Below, one piece after another: positions 21,380-31,500 of a stretch of DNA of 60,465 bases (position 1 is its first letter; every line of letters begins with the position of its first letter). The notes below the pieces were generated by a model. That model saw nothing but the letters and a program-made list of their open reading frames with translations, had not been told where the DNA came from and made no database searches. The stretch is from Pseudonocardia sp. Lineage in GTDB: Bacteria; Actinomycetota; Actinomycetes; Mycobacteriales; Pseudonocardiaceae. The stretch covers positions 1 through 60,465 of the forward strand of contig JBOHEP010000354.1 of NCBI GenBank assembly GCA_050701075.1, read 5' to 3'. Both the position numbers and the translations under genes were made by a program.

Positions 21380-21488
21380 GGCGGCCTCCGGCGCGGTGCG
21401 TGCTTCCGGACCAGCGTGACATCTCGACCTTAACCGACGAAGCCGACAAGTGGGACTCGATCGCCGCCGCGGTCCTAGGCTGGGTTCC

Positions 21489-21884
21489 ATGACGCCGCCC
21501 ATGCCCTCCGCCGCGCGCCGCCCGGGGCTTCCCGCCGTGGTCGCCCGTTATGCGGCCGTCAGGCTCGGCCTGCTCGCAATCATCGCAGCGCTGCTCCTGC
21601 TGGCCGGGGTCCCGCTCGTCATCTCCGTGCTGGTCGGGCTGATCGTGGCGCTGCCGCTGTCGATGGTGCTGTTCCGGGGCCTGCGCATCCAGCTCGACGC
21701 CGCACTCGCCGAGGTGGGTGAGCGGCGCTCGGCGGAGCGGGCCGCGCTGCGGGCACGGTTGCGTGGGGACGTCGACCAGCCGGCCGAACGCTGGTCGGGC
21801 GACCGGCCGGGGAACGTCGACCAGCCTGCCGAACGCCGATCAGGCGACCAGCCCCAGTGCGAGTCCGAGCCCGGTCGCGGCTGA
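21489..21884 (+). CDS. DUF4229-like two-TM membrane protein
   Basis: RYAAVRLGL..ALPLSMVLFRGLR..LRARLRG; usual position convergent with menA. Confidence 0.8.
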   Translation: MTPPMPSAARRPGLPAVVARYAAVRLGLLAIIAALLLLAGVPLVISVLVGLIVALPLSMVLFRGLRIQLDAALAEVGERRSAERAALRARLRGDVDQPAERWSGDRPGNVDQPAERRSGDQPQCESEPGRG

Positions 21885-22730
21885 CCACATCAGCAGCAGC
21901 ATTCCGGTCGCGCCGAGCACCCGGATCAGCCGCCGGCCACTGGCGCCGCCGAGGACCCGGCGGACCGGGGTGACCGCGAGGGGTATGGCGAGCAACCCGA
22001 GCAGCATCGGCAAGCTGCGCAGCCCGGCCACCGCGGACAGCAGGAACGGGGTGAGCACCAGCGCGGCGTAGAGCCGGCGGGTGTCGGTGTCGCCGAGCAG
22101 CACCGCGAGCGTGCGCTTGCCGGCGACCGTGTCGGTGGGAATGTCGCGCAGGTTGTTGGCCACCAGCACCGCGCAGGCCAGCATGCCGACGCCGACCGAG
22201 CCGACCACCGCCAGCGGACCGGGCGGCCCGCTCTGGGTGAGCACCGTACCCAGCACGGCGACCGGCCCGAAGAAGATGAACACCGCCACCTCGCCCAGGC
22301 CGGCGTACCCGTAGGGACGCTTGCCCCCGGTGTAGTACCAGGCGCCGGCGAGGCAGAGCGCACCCACTCCGATGAGCCACCACTGCCGGCTCAGCGACAC
22401 CAGGGTCAGCCCGGCCAGCGCGGCGACCGAGAGGCTCACCGCGGCCGCCGCACGTACCGCGACCGGCGCCGCGAGCTTCGATCCGACGAGCCGTAGCGGG
22501 CCGACCCGGTCGTCGTCGGTGCCCCTGATGCCGTCGGAGTAGTCGTTGGCGAAGTTGACCCCGATCACCAACGCGACCGCGACGAGCAGGGCCAGCAGCG
22601 CCCGTCCCGGCGCGACGATCCCGGCACCGATCGCGGCGCCGGTGCCAACCAGCACGGGTGATACCGCCGTGGGGAGGGTGCGCGGCCGAGCGCCCTGGAT
22701 CCACTGCGCCAGGGTGGCTGTGTTCTCCAC
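21840..22730 (-). CDS. menA: 1,4-dihydroxy-2-naphthoate polyprenyltransferase
   Basis: GARPRTLP, NFANDYSDGIRGTDDDRVGP, YTGGKRPYGYAGLGE, NNLRDIPTD..GKRTL. Confidence 0.96.
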   Translation of the reverse strand: MENTATLAQWIQGARPRTLPTAVSPVLVGTGAAIGAGIVAPGRALLALLVAVALVIGVNFANDYSDGIRGTDDDRVGPLRLVGSKLAAPVAVRAAAAVSLSVAALAGLTLVSLSRQWWLIGVGALCLAGAWYYTGGKRPYGYAGLGEVAVFIFFGPVAVLGTVLTQSGPPGPLAVVGSVGVGMLACAVLVANNLRDIPTDTVAGKRTLAVLLGDTDTRRLYAALVLTPFLLSAVAGLRSLPMLLGLLAIPLAVTPVRRVLGGASGRRLIRVLGATGMLLLMWSAATGLGLALGLVA

Positions 22731-22739
22731 TGTGCCACG

Positions 22740-24125
22740 TTAACCGGCCGTCGTGTCGGACGCCGCATCGTCCGTGTCGACGGCACCGGTGCGGGTCGGG
22801 TCTGTGGCCGTGACGCCGGGTGGGTCTGTGGCCGTGATGCCTGCTGGGTCAGCAGCAGCCGGGTCGGCGGGCGTGATGCCTGCTGGGTCAGCCGGGTCGG
22901 CGCCCGGGATGGCTGCCGGATCGTCGGTCGGGGTGGCTGCGGTAGCCGGTTCGGGGTCGGCGGGGCACGGTTGGACCGTGAGCGGCTCTGCGACGGCCGG
23001 GGCCGGTACGAACTGGTCGACCCCGATCTTCAGCCACTGCTCGGCACCCGAGCCCAGGACGCACTCGGTGGGTACCGCGGCCTGTCTTGCGGCGACCCCC
23101 ACCACGGCCGCAGCCGCGTCCGGGGCCGAGAGCACGTCCTCCGGCCCGTCCTCGCCGATCACGGTGGCCAGCGGGATCGAACCGCTCCAGAGATAGTCGA
23201 CGGTGACCCATGAGTTGTCCTCCAGCCCCAACGCATCCCAGAACAGGCCGTCCCCGAGGTCGATCCCGGCCGGGTTCTGGACCTTGCGGTCGTACTGGTC
23301 GCGGCCGTCGTTGAATCCCTCCCGGTACGCGGCCTGCGCCTGCGGCACCCCTTGCGGAAGCACCCCCCACTCCTGGCGGATGGCCGGCGGGTTCCAGTAG
23401 TCGTCCCGGGTGTTCCACGGGCCCACGTCCCACACGGGGGCGAACGCACAGCGTCCGTTGGCGGCACACACCTTCACCGAGTAATCGCTGCTGCCTCGCG
23501 GAGCGAGGGCCCGCCGGGAGGGCAGGGCGACGAAATGGTCGCGTTCCCCGATGATGTGCCCGTTGGCCGTCCTCCCGCCGACCAGGCCCTCCCGGGTGGC
23601 GAACACCCGAAAGCTCAGCGGCACCTGCACGGTCGACTCGGTTGCCGCGAGTCGCTTCCGGAGGACCGGGCGGGCGGTGAGGGTGAGCCCGCGGACGACG
23701 GGTTCGGCGCCTGGGCTGCCGGTGAGCACGAGCCTGCTCTGCACCTCCGAGGTCGGTTCGGCCAGGGTGGCGGCCGACCCTGGCGTGGCCGGCTGCCACT
23801 CGGTCCAGCCGCCGGTGGCGCGGCGCCCGCGGACGTCGACGATCGCCGTCGTGCCCGCGGGCAGATCACCGTCGACGGCGGTGTCGACCCGTTCGGTCAG
23901 GACGTCCAGGCGACGGGCGGGCAGGGTGAGCAAGCCGGTCGGTCCGGTGAGGCGGGCGGTCGAACCCTCCACCGTGATACCGACGGCCTCGCCGGTGGAC
24001 AGCTCGGGAGACCAGTTCACCGGGTCGACGGTCGGTGGCCCGGCTGCCGCCGCCGGAGTGACGGTGACGACCATGAACGCCCCGGTGGCGGCCAGGACCG
24101 CCACCCTCCGCAGTCGCATCCGCAT
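22740..24125 (-). CDS. Secreted protein with RlpA/DPBB-like domain, SH3-like domain and Pro/Asp/Thr repeat tail
   Basis: Signal peptide ending PAAA; TANG..FVALP..WDVGPWN..AGIDL; C-terminal PADPAGIT repeats; start uncertain. Confidence 0.7.
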   Translation of the reverse strand: MRMRLRRVAVLAATGAFMVVTVTPAAAAGPPTVDPVNWSPELSTGEAVGITVEGSTARLTGPTGLLTLPARRLDVLTERVDTAVDGDLPAGTTAIVDVRGRRATGGWTEWQPATPGSAATLAEPTSEVQSRLVLTGSPGAEPVVRGLTLTARPVLRKRLAATESTVQVPLSFRVFATREGLVGGRTANGHIIGERDHFVALPSRRALAPRGSSDYSVKVCAANGRCAFAPVWDVGPWNTRDDYWNPPAIRQEWGVLPQGVPQAQAAYREGFNDGRDQYDRKVQNPAGIDLGDGLFWDALGLEDNSWVTVDYLWSGSIPLATVIGEDGPEDVLSAPDAAAAVVGVAARQAAVPTECVLGSGAEQWLKIGVDQFVPAPAVAEPLTVQPCPADPEPATAATPTDDPAAIPGADPADPAGITPADPAAADPAGITATDPPGVTATDPTRTGAVDTDDAASDTTAG

Positions 24126-24252
24126 CCGCCGCGCCCCCTGTGGCTGTTGCGAGAATTGGGTCTCATGTGGTTTAACTTCACGCAGCAGATCCGACATATC
24201 GGTAGCGGTCAATCAACTCAGAGTGAGTGCCACGAACGGGGACAGGCCGATA

Positions 24253-25413
24253 TCACCCGGATAGGGGGGCTGGGTTCGAGGCTGAGGTGAACAGTCGGGC
24301 GACTGCTGCCCGGTCGGGTTTGCCCACGCCGCGCAGCGGGAGTTCGGGCAGGCTCAGCATCCGCCGCGGTACCGCTGCCCGCCCGAGATCGGCACGCACC
24401 GCGTCGCGCAGCCGGTCGTGGTCGGGGGACGCAGCGGCATCGGGCACCACCGCGGCAGCCACGACGTGGCCCCACTCCGGGTCGGGTACTCCGACCACGC
24501 ACGCCCCACGCACCCCGGGCTGCGCGGTCAGCGCCTGCTCGACGGCGGCCGGGACCACCTTCTCCCCGCCGGTCACGATGACGTCGTCGACCCGACCGAG
24601 GACCTCCAACCGGTCGCCGTGCCACCGGCCCAGGTCGGCCGTGCGGAACCAATCGCCTCCGAATGCCGCAGCGGACTCGTCGGGCAGGCCGAGGTAGCCG
24701 GTCGCCAGGATCGGCCCGCCGATGCGGACCCGGCCGTCGCCGCCGTCCAGCTCGATCCGAACACCGTCCAGCGGAACCCCGTCGTACACGCAGCCGCCCG
24801 CGGTCTCGCTCATGCCGTAGGTCGTGACCACGTGCACGCCCGCCACCTCGGCCCGGGCCCGAAGTCCCGCGTCGAGCGCCGCCCCACCGACCAGCACGGC
24901 GGTGTAGCTGCGCAGCGCCTCGACCGCCGGGCCGCCCGCGTCGAGCAGCCGGAGCAGTTGCGTGGGCACCAGGCTGGTGCAGCATGGGCCGGCGCCCAAC
25001 CGCGCCGTCGCGACGGCGAAGTCCGCGACGTGGAAGCCGGTCCGCACGTTCTGCACGACCGGCGCATCCCCGGCCAGCAGCGCCCGCACGATCACCTGTA
25101 CCCCGGCGATGTGCTCGGCCGGCAGCGCCAGCAGCCAGCGTGCGTCGCCGATCCGAGCCTGCGTGGCCGCGGCGGAGGCCCGCAGCGCCGAGGTGGGCAG
25201 CTCGACGAACCTGGGCTCGCCACCGGAGCCCGAGGTCGCCACGACGACCGCCGTGGTGTCCGTGACCGTGGCGACGTTGGCCAGCGGAAGCAACGCGGCG
25301 CCGGCTGCGCCCAGCGGTAGCACCGGCGGGCCGGCGTTGTCCAGCGCGGCGGCGATGGCGCTGGTCAGCTCGGCGACAGCGGTGGGCGATCCGTCGCAGC
25401 GGATCGTCCGCAC
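24253..25413 (-). CDS. menE: O-succinylbenzoate--CoA ligase
   Basis: TSGSGGEPR, TSLVPTQL, TYGMSETAGGCVYDG, GRVDDVIVTGGEKV, GKPDR; in men cluster. Confidence 0.92.
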   Translation of the reverse strand: MRTIRCDGSPTAVAELTSAIAAALDNAGPPVLPLGAAGAALLPLANVATVTDTTAVVVATSGSGGEPRFVELPTSALRASAAATQARIGDARWLLALPAEHIAGVQVIVRALLAGDAPVVQNVRTGFHVADFAVATARLGAGPCCTSLVPTQLLRLLDAGGPAVEALRSYTAVLVGGAALDAGLRARAEVAGVHVVTTYGMSETAGGCVYDGVPLDGVRIELDGGDGRVRIGGPILATGYLGLPDESAAAFGGDWFRTADLGRWHGDRLEVLGRVDDVIVTGGEKVVPAAVEQALTAQPGVRGACVVGVPDPEWGHVVAAAVVPDAAASPDHDRLRDAVRADLGRAAVPRRMLSLPELPLRGVGKPDRAAVARLFTSASNPAPLSG

Positions 25414-25640
25414 CCGTGCACCACCTCACCCCGCTGTTGTGCGGAGCGTAACGGCCGGCGCAGTCGGCCCGACGACGTGCTGTCCTCGACGGTGCGGGTA
25501 GTGGCCCGGCCTCGCCCGAGGTGACAGCTCGGGCCCGATGATGAACGCCCTGTGCAAACGTGGCTCGGCCGTTCACGCCATCGAGTGGATCAGCTCGCCG
25601 GTCGGGAAACTCGATCGGCACGGTCAAGTAGCCTGGTGTG

Positions 25641-26132
25641 ATGTCGTGGACGATGCTGCCCCGTCCCCGGTCACGCGGGAACAGCTGGTGGCCGACCCGC
25701 GGCCAGTTCGTACTCATCGTGGCCATCTGGTTCACGGCTGCGTTGTCCGTACTGAGCATCGCCACGACGACGCAAGTCGGTTACACCCTGTTCAAGCTGG
25801 GTGAGCGCTACGGCGTGGCCACCGGCGATGCTCTGGTCGCCATCGCGGGCGGGGGCGGTGCCCTGCTGCTCACCCTGTGGATCCTGTGGCCACGCGGGAA
25901 CGTCTGGCGCCCGACGCTGCGTCAGCTCGTACTCGTGGTGGTGACGTGGGCCGCGGCCACGGCGTTCGTCCTGGCCGTTGCTGCCGTGACGGACGTCGGT
26001 CGCGTCGTCTTCATGCTGAGCGAGAATCATGGGGTGCACGCGGGCGACGTCCTCGCCTCCGTCGTGAGCTTCGGGGGGGCCCTGGTGCTCACGGTCTGGA
26101 TTCTGTGGCCGCGCCGGCGCCGATGGTACTGA
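25641..26132 (+). CDS. Hypothetical 4-TM membrane protein made of two internal repeats
   Basis: Two ~73-aa halves, each PTxxQxVL..VG..F.L.E..GV..GD....GGAL.LT.WILWPR. Confidence 0.75.
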   Translation: MSWTMLPRPRSRGNSWWPTRGQFVLIVAIWFTAALSVLSIATTTQVGYTLFKLGERYGVATGDALVAIAGGGGALLLTLWILWPRGNVWRPTLRQLVLVVVTWAAATAFVLAVAAVTDVGRVVFMLSENHGVHAGDVLASVVSFGGALVLTVWILWPRRRRWY

Positions 26133-26179
26133 GACGAACGCGGAACTGACGGTTCCTCGACGTCGATCATACCAGGTGC

Positions 26180-27091
26180 TCAGTAGTGCCACGGGTACGC
26201 CGACCAGTCCGGCTCACGCTTCTCCAGGAACGCGTCCCGCCCCTCGACGGCCTCGTCGGTCATGTATGCCAGCCGGGTGGCCTCGCCGGCGAACAACTGC
26301 TGGCCCACCAGCCCGTCATCGAGCAGGTTGAACGCGTACTTCAGCATCCGCTGGGCGGTCGGCGACTTGCCGTTGATCTCTCTCGCCCACTCCAGGGCGG
26401 CGGCTTCCAGCTCGGCGTGCGGCACCACGGCGTTGACCATGCCCATCCGGTGCGCGTCCGCGGCGGTGTACTCCCGGCCGAGGAAGAAGATCTCCCGGGC
26501 GAACTTCTGCCCGATCTGCCGGGCCAGGTACGCCGAGCCGTAGCCACCGTCGAACGAGCCGACGTCGGCGTCGGTCTGCTTGAACCGGGCGTGCTCCGCG
26601 CTGGCCAGCGTGAGATCCGCGGTGACATGGAGCGAGTGCCCGCCACCGGCCGCCCAACCGGGGACGACCGCGATCACCACCTTGGGCATGAACCGGATGA
26701 GCCGCTGGCACTCCAGGATGTGCAGCCGGCCTGCTCGCGCGGGATCCATGGTCTCGGCGGTGTCCCCCGAGGCGTACTGGTAGCCGGTACGCCCGCGGAT
26801 CCGCTGGTCGCCGCCGGAGCAGAACGCCCAACCCCCGTCGCGCGGTGACGGGCCGTTGCCGGTGAGCAGCACGCAGCCGATGTCCGGGCTCTGGCGGGCG
26901 TGGTCGAGCGCCCGGTACAGCTCGTCCACCGTGCCGGGCCGGAACGCATTGCGCACCTCCGGCCGGTCGAACGCGATCCGGACTGCCCCGGTCTCGAGGG
27001 CACGGTGGTAGGTGATGTCGGTGAAGTCGAAGCCGTCGACCACGCGCCAGGCGTCGGGATCGAACAGCTCGGACGGTGCAGATGTGGCCAC
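26180..27091 (-). CDS. menB: 1,4-dihydroxy-2-naphthoyl-CoA synthase
   Basis: RPEVRNAF, FCSGGDQR, GWAAGGGH, GSFDGGYGS, EAVEGRDAFLEKR. Confidence 0.97.
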   Translation of the reverse strand: MATSAPSELFDPDAWRVVDGFDFTDITYHRALETGAVRIAFDRPEVRNAFRPGTVDELYRALDHARQSPDIGCVLLTGNGPSPRDGGWAFCSGGDQRIRGRTGYQYASGDTAETMDPARAGRLHILECQRLIRFMPKVVIAVVPGWAAGGGHSLHVTADLTLASAEHARFKQTDADVGSFDGGYGSAYLARQIGQKFAREIFFLGREYTAADAHRMGMVNAVVPHAELEAAALEWAREINGKSPTAQRMLKYAFNLLDDGLVGQQLFAGEATRLAYMTDEAVEGRDAFLEKREPDWSAYPWHY

Positions 27092-27253
27092 GAGCGCCGA
27101 CCCTATGTCGCCCGCCTCGGATCATGCGACCGCACACACCTTCTCGCGTCGCACGCATGCCGCAACCTGTCCGCGGCACCAGAAGGTGTGCGGCCGACGA
27201 TGACCGATGGCTTACCGGCTGCCGGGGACGGCCGGGTCGGCCAGGATGTCGGG

Positions 27254-27868
27254 ATGACTCGATGGATGACGGTGGTGGGGGTGGCGCTGCCCGGGCTGGC
27301 ACTGGCCGGGTTCGGCTGGTTGGTGCACCCGTCGTTCCTGGATCCGTCCACCGCGCGGGCCTGGTGGACGCTGCATGTGCTGCTCGTTCCGGTGTTCCCG
27401 CTGATCGCCGTGGCGATCTGGGTGCTGCTGCGCGGCGAGCGGGGCGTGCCGGCGTGGGGCGCGCGGGTGGCGGCCTACGGGTTCGCGACCTTCTACACCG
27501 GCCTCGACGTGCTCGCCGGGATCGGAGCTGGGCTGGTCACCGACGTCGGTCAGGGCGAGGGGCCCGCGGTGGGTCGGCTGTTCGAGGTGGGGGATCAGCT
27601 CGGCGCGGTGGGTGTGCTGTGCCTGCTGGTCGCCGCGGTGCTGGGCGGGGTGGTGCTGGTGCGCCGCGATGGTGTGCGGGCACTGCCGGGCACCGTGGTG
27701 CTGGCGGCGTCCTGCTACCCGTTCCTCGTGGGCCACATCTTCCATCCGACGGGAGTGATCGCGATGTTGGGGGTTGCCACCGGATGCGCGCTGCTCGCCG
27801 CGGCGCGCCGGCCCGGCGAGGCTGCTGTGGTGGATCGGCCGGAACCGCTGGTCGTGTCGGGCCGATGA
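27254..27868 (+). CDS. Hypothetical multi-pass membrane protein (paralog 1)
   Basis: About 6 TM helices; HP..WW.LH..L.P.FPL..ATFYTGLD.LAGI shared with the next gene. Confidence 0.8.
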   Translation: MTRWMTVVGVALPGLALAGFGWLVHPSFLDPSTARAWWTLHVLLVPVFPLIAVAIWVLLRGERGVPAWGARVAAYGFATFYTGLDVLAGIGAGLVTDVGQGEGPAVGRLFEVGDQLGAVGVLCLLVAAVLGGVVLVRRDGVRALPGTVVLAASCYPFLVGHIFHPTGVIAMLGVATGCALLAAARRPGEAAVVDRPEPLVVSGR

Positions 27869-27910
27869 TGATCGGTCGCCGCGCCGCGGCCCACCTGCCA
27901 GGCTGGGGCG

Positions 27911-28501
27911 ATGAAGCACTGGTGGACGGTGATCGTTGTGGGGGTGCCCGGGCTGGTCCTGGCCGGGGCGGGCCTGGCGCACCCGGCGCGGTTGCGGCCG
28001 GAGACCGCGACCGAATGGTGGCAGTTCCACGTCGTCCTGCTGCCGTTGTTCCCGCTGCTCGCCGTCGCCCTGTGGGTGCTGCTGCGGGGGGTGAACGGGC
28101 CGCTGGCCTGGCCCGCCCGGGCCGGGGCGTACGGATACGCGACCTTCTACACGGGCCTGGACGCGCTGGCCGGGATCGCGGCCGGCCTGGTCGTCGAGAC
28201 GACGGGGCGGACGAGTCAGGCCTCCATCGATCTGGGCCGGCTCGGCGTCGAGCTCGGTGGGATCGGGGAGTGGTCGTTCCTCGCAGCGGCCGTGCTCACC
28301 GGGTTCGTGCTGGTCCACGGGGATGGGCCATCGGCGCTTCCCGGCGCCCTGGTGCTCGTCGGGGCGGCGGTGGCGTTTCGTGGTGCGCACATCTACTGGC
28401 CGGCCGGAGGGCCGGCCATGATCGGTGTCGCCATCGGGTGTGCGCTGCTCGCCGCGGCTTCACCCCGGCGGCACGCGTCCGTCATGCAGGAGGGTCGGTG
28501 A
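27911..28501 (+). CDS. Hypothetical multi-pass membrane protein (paralog 2)
   Basis: Collinear paralog of 27254-27868. Confidence 0.8.
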   Translation: MKHWWTVIVVGVPGLVLAGAGLAHPARLRPETATEWWQFHVVLLPLFPLLAVALWVLLRGVNGPLAWPARAGAYGYATFYTGLDALAGIAAGLVVETTGRTSQASIDLGRLGVELGGIGEWSFLAAAVLTGFVLVHGDGPSALPGALVLVGAAVAFRGAHIYWPAGGPAMIGVAIGCALLAAASPRRHASVMQEGR

Positions 28502-28581
28502 ATCCTCCGCGGTGCAGCTGGTCGGTGCTCGCAGTGACCGACTCGAGGCCCGCCCCTGCGGGCAACGCCACCTGACCACTG

Positions 28582-31500
28582 GTGGCCCCCGAACCGCTTC
28601 CCGCCGTCGCCGCCGCGTTGCAGGCCGACCTCGCGGCGACCGTCGGTGGCTCCGTCAGGTTCGACCGGGCCACCCGCGCGATGTACTCCGCCGACGCGTC
28701 GAACTATCGGCGAGTCCCGATCGGCGTGGTCGCCCCCCGCGACACCGCCGACGTGGAGGCCACGCTCGCCGCCTGCCGTGCCCATGACGTGCCGGTGTTG
28801 TCGGTCGGCGCCCGCACCAGCATCGCTGGTCAAGCCGTCAACACCGCGGTGGTGCTCGACTTCACCCGGCACCTGAACCGGGTGGTCGAGATCGATCCGG
28901 ACGCCCGCACCGCCCGCGTGCAGCCCGGCCTGGTGCTCGACGATCTCCGCGACGCCGCCCGCCCGCACGGGCTGACCTTCGGCCCCGACCCGTCCACGCA
29001 CAATCGCTGCACGCTGGGTGGGATGATCGGCAACAACGCGTGTGGGGCGCATTCGGTGGCGTGGGGCAAGACCGTCGACAACGTGCGTGCGCTCGACGTG
29101 CTCACCTACCGCGGCGAACGCCTGGAGCTCAGCCGCGGCGAACCCGCGTCCGGTGCGCAGAGCGGCGAACCCGCGTCCGCTGCGCCGAGCGGCGAACCCG
29201 CGTCCGGTGCGCAGAGCAAGGTCGTCGCGGACCTGCTCGCCCTGCGAGACCGGATCACCGGCGATGTCCGCGCCGGGTTCCCCGACCTGACCCGTCGGGT
29301 GTCGGGCTACAACCTCGACCAGCTGCTCCCGGAGAACGGCTTCGATCTCGCAAAGGCACTCGTCGGCACGGAGGGCACGTGTGTGGCGGTCCTGGAGGCG
29401 ACGGTCGGGCTGGTCGAGTCGCCACCGGCGCGGGCGCTGGCCGTGCTCGGCTTCCCCGACGCCTACCTCGCCGCCGACCACGTCGTGGCGGTGCGTGAGC
29501 TGGCCCCGCTGACGATCGAGGGGATGGACGCCGGGCTGATCGCGGCGTTGCGTGCGTCCAACCCGCTCGAGCGGGCGAGCCGGGTGCTGCCCGAGGGTGG
29601 CGGCTGGCTCTACGTCGAGACCGGTGGTGCCACCCGGGCCGAGGCGGAGGCGGCCGCGCACCGCGTCGCCCGCGTCATGGCGCGGTACGGTGCCACGAGC
29701 ATCGTGGTCAGCGACCCCGTGAGGATGAAGCAGCTCTGGCGGATCCGGGAGGACGGGGCGGGCATCCTCACCCGCTCGCCCGACGGCGGGGAGGCGTGGC
29801 CGGGCTGGGAGGACGCCGCGGTGCCGCCCGAGCGGTTCGGGTCCTACCTGCGCGAGTTCGACGCGTTGCTCGCGAAGCATCAGCGGCGGGGCGCGTACTA
29901 CGGGCACTTCGGCGACGGGTGCCTGCACGTCCGGATCGACTTCGACCTGCTGACGAAGGCCGGGATCGCGGGTTTCCGCAGCTTCGTGGAGGACGCCGCC
30001 GACCTCGCCGTCGCGCACGGCGGATCGCTGTCCGGTGAGCACGGCGACGGTGTCGCGCGCGCCGAGCTGCTGCCCCGGATGTTCCCGCCGGAGATCATCC
30101 GGGCGTTCGAGGGGTTCAAGGCCATCTGGGATCCGGACGGTCGGATGAACCCCGGTCGGGTCGTGCGCCCGGCGAAGTTGGACGAGGACCTGCGCCTGTT
30201 CGTCGGGATGCCGACCCTGCGCGACGAGCCCGAGCTCGCCTTCGCCCACGACCATGGCAGCTTCGCCCGGGCAACCCGCCGCTGTGTCGGCGTCGGAAAG
30301 TGTGTGACCGCGACCGGGGGGGTGATGTGCCCGAGCTACCGCGCCATCGGCGAGGAGATGCACTCCACGCGGGGGCGGGCGAGGCTGCTGTTCGAGATGG
30401 CCTCAAGGGAGGTCATCACCGGCGGATGGCGCTCGCCCGAGGTGGCCGAGGCGCTGGATCTGTGCCTGTCCTGCAAGGGTTGCAAGCGCGACTGTCCCGT
30501 CGGGGTGGACATGGCCGCGTACAAGACCGAGTTCCTGGCCCAGCGTTACCGCGGTCGTGTCCGGCCGGCGTCGCACTACTCGATGGGCGCCCTGCCCCGC
30601 TGGCTGCGGTTGGTCGCCCGGTTGCCGGCCCGGGTCGTCGACGCGCTGAACGCCGCCGCCCGTGGCCCGCTGGCCGTGGTGGCGAAGCGGCTGGGCGGCA
30701 TCGCCCCGGAACGCGCGGTCCCGCCCATCGCCCGCCGCCCCTTCACCCGCGCGCCGGCCCCCGGCCCCCGCTGCTCGACGTTGAAGCCCAACCCGGTGAT
30801 CAAGGGCGAAAGGTCGTTAATGGATCTTGTTGGACGACGGCCTGCCCTTGATCAACGAGCTGGGAGCTCGTCGGGCCGTGCTGGGGGGTCGGCCGGACGG
30901 GGGCGGGTGCTGTTGTGGCCCGACACCTTCACCAACCACTTCGACCCCGGCATCGCCACCGGCGCCGTCGCAGTGCTCGGGTCGCTCGGGTACGCCGTCG
31001 AGCTGCCACCCCGGGCCGTCTGCTGCGGGCTGACCTGGACGTCCACCGGCCAGGTCGACGCCGCCCGCCGCGTGCTGCGGCGCAGCCTGCGCACGATCGA
31101 GCCGTGGCTCGCGGCCGGGGTGCCGGTCGTCGGGTTGGAGCCGTCCTGCACCGCTGCCCTGCGCTCGGACGCGCCCGAGCTGCTCCCGGACGAGCCACTG
31201 GTCGCGGCACTTGCCTCCGGCGTCCGCACGTTCGCCGAGATGCTTGCCCTTCACCTCGACGAGCTCTCGTCCGCGGTCGTGACGGCCGGGCAGAAGGCAC
31301 TCGTCCAGGTGCACTGTCATCAGCACGCAGAGATCGGTTTCGACGACGACGCGGCCGTGCTTGCCGCGCTCGGGGTCGAGGCCGTGGTGCTCGACTCCGG
31401 TTGTTGCGGGCTGGCCGGCAACTTCGGCTTCGAGAAGGGCCATTACACGGTGTCGATGGCATGTGCGGAGCGGGTGTTGTTGCCGGCCGTGCGGGCCGCC

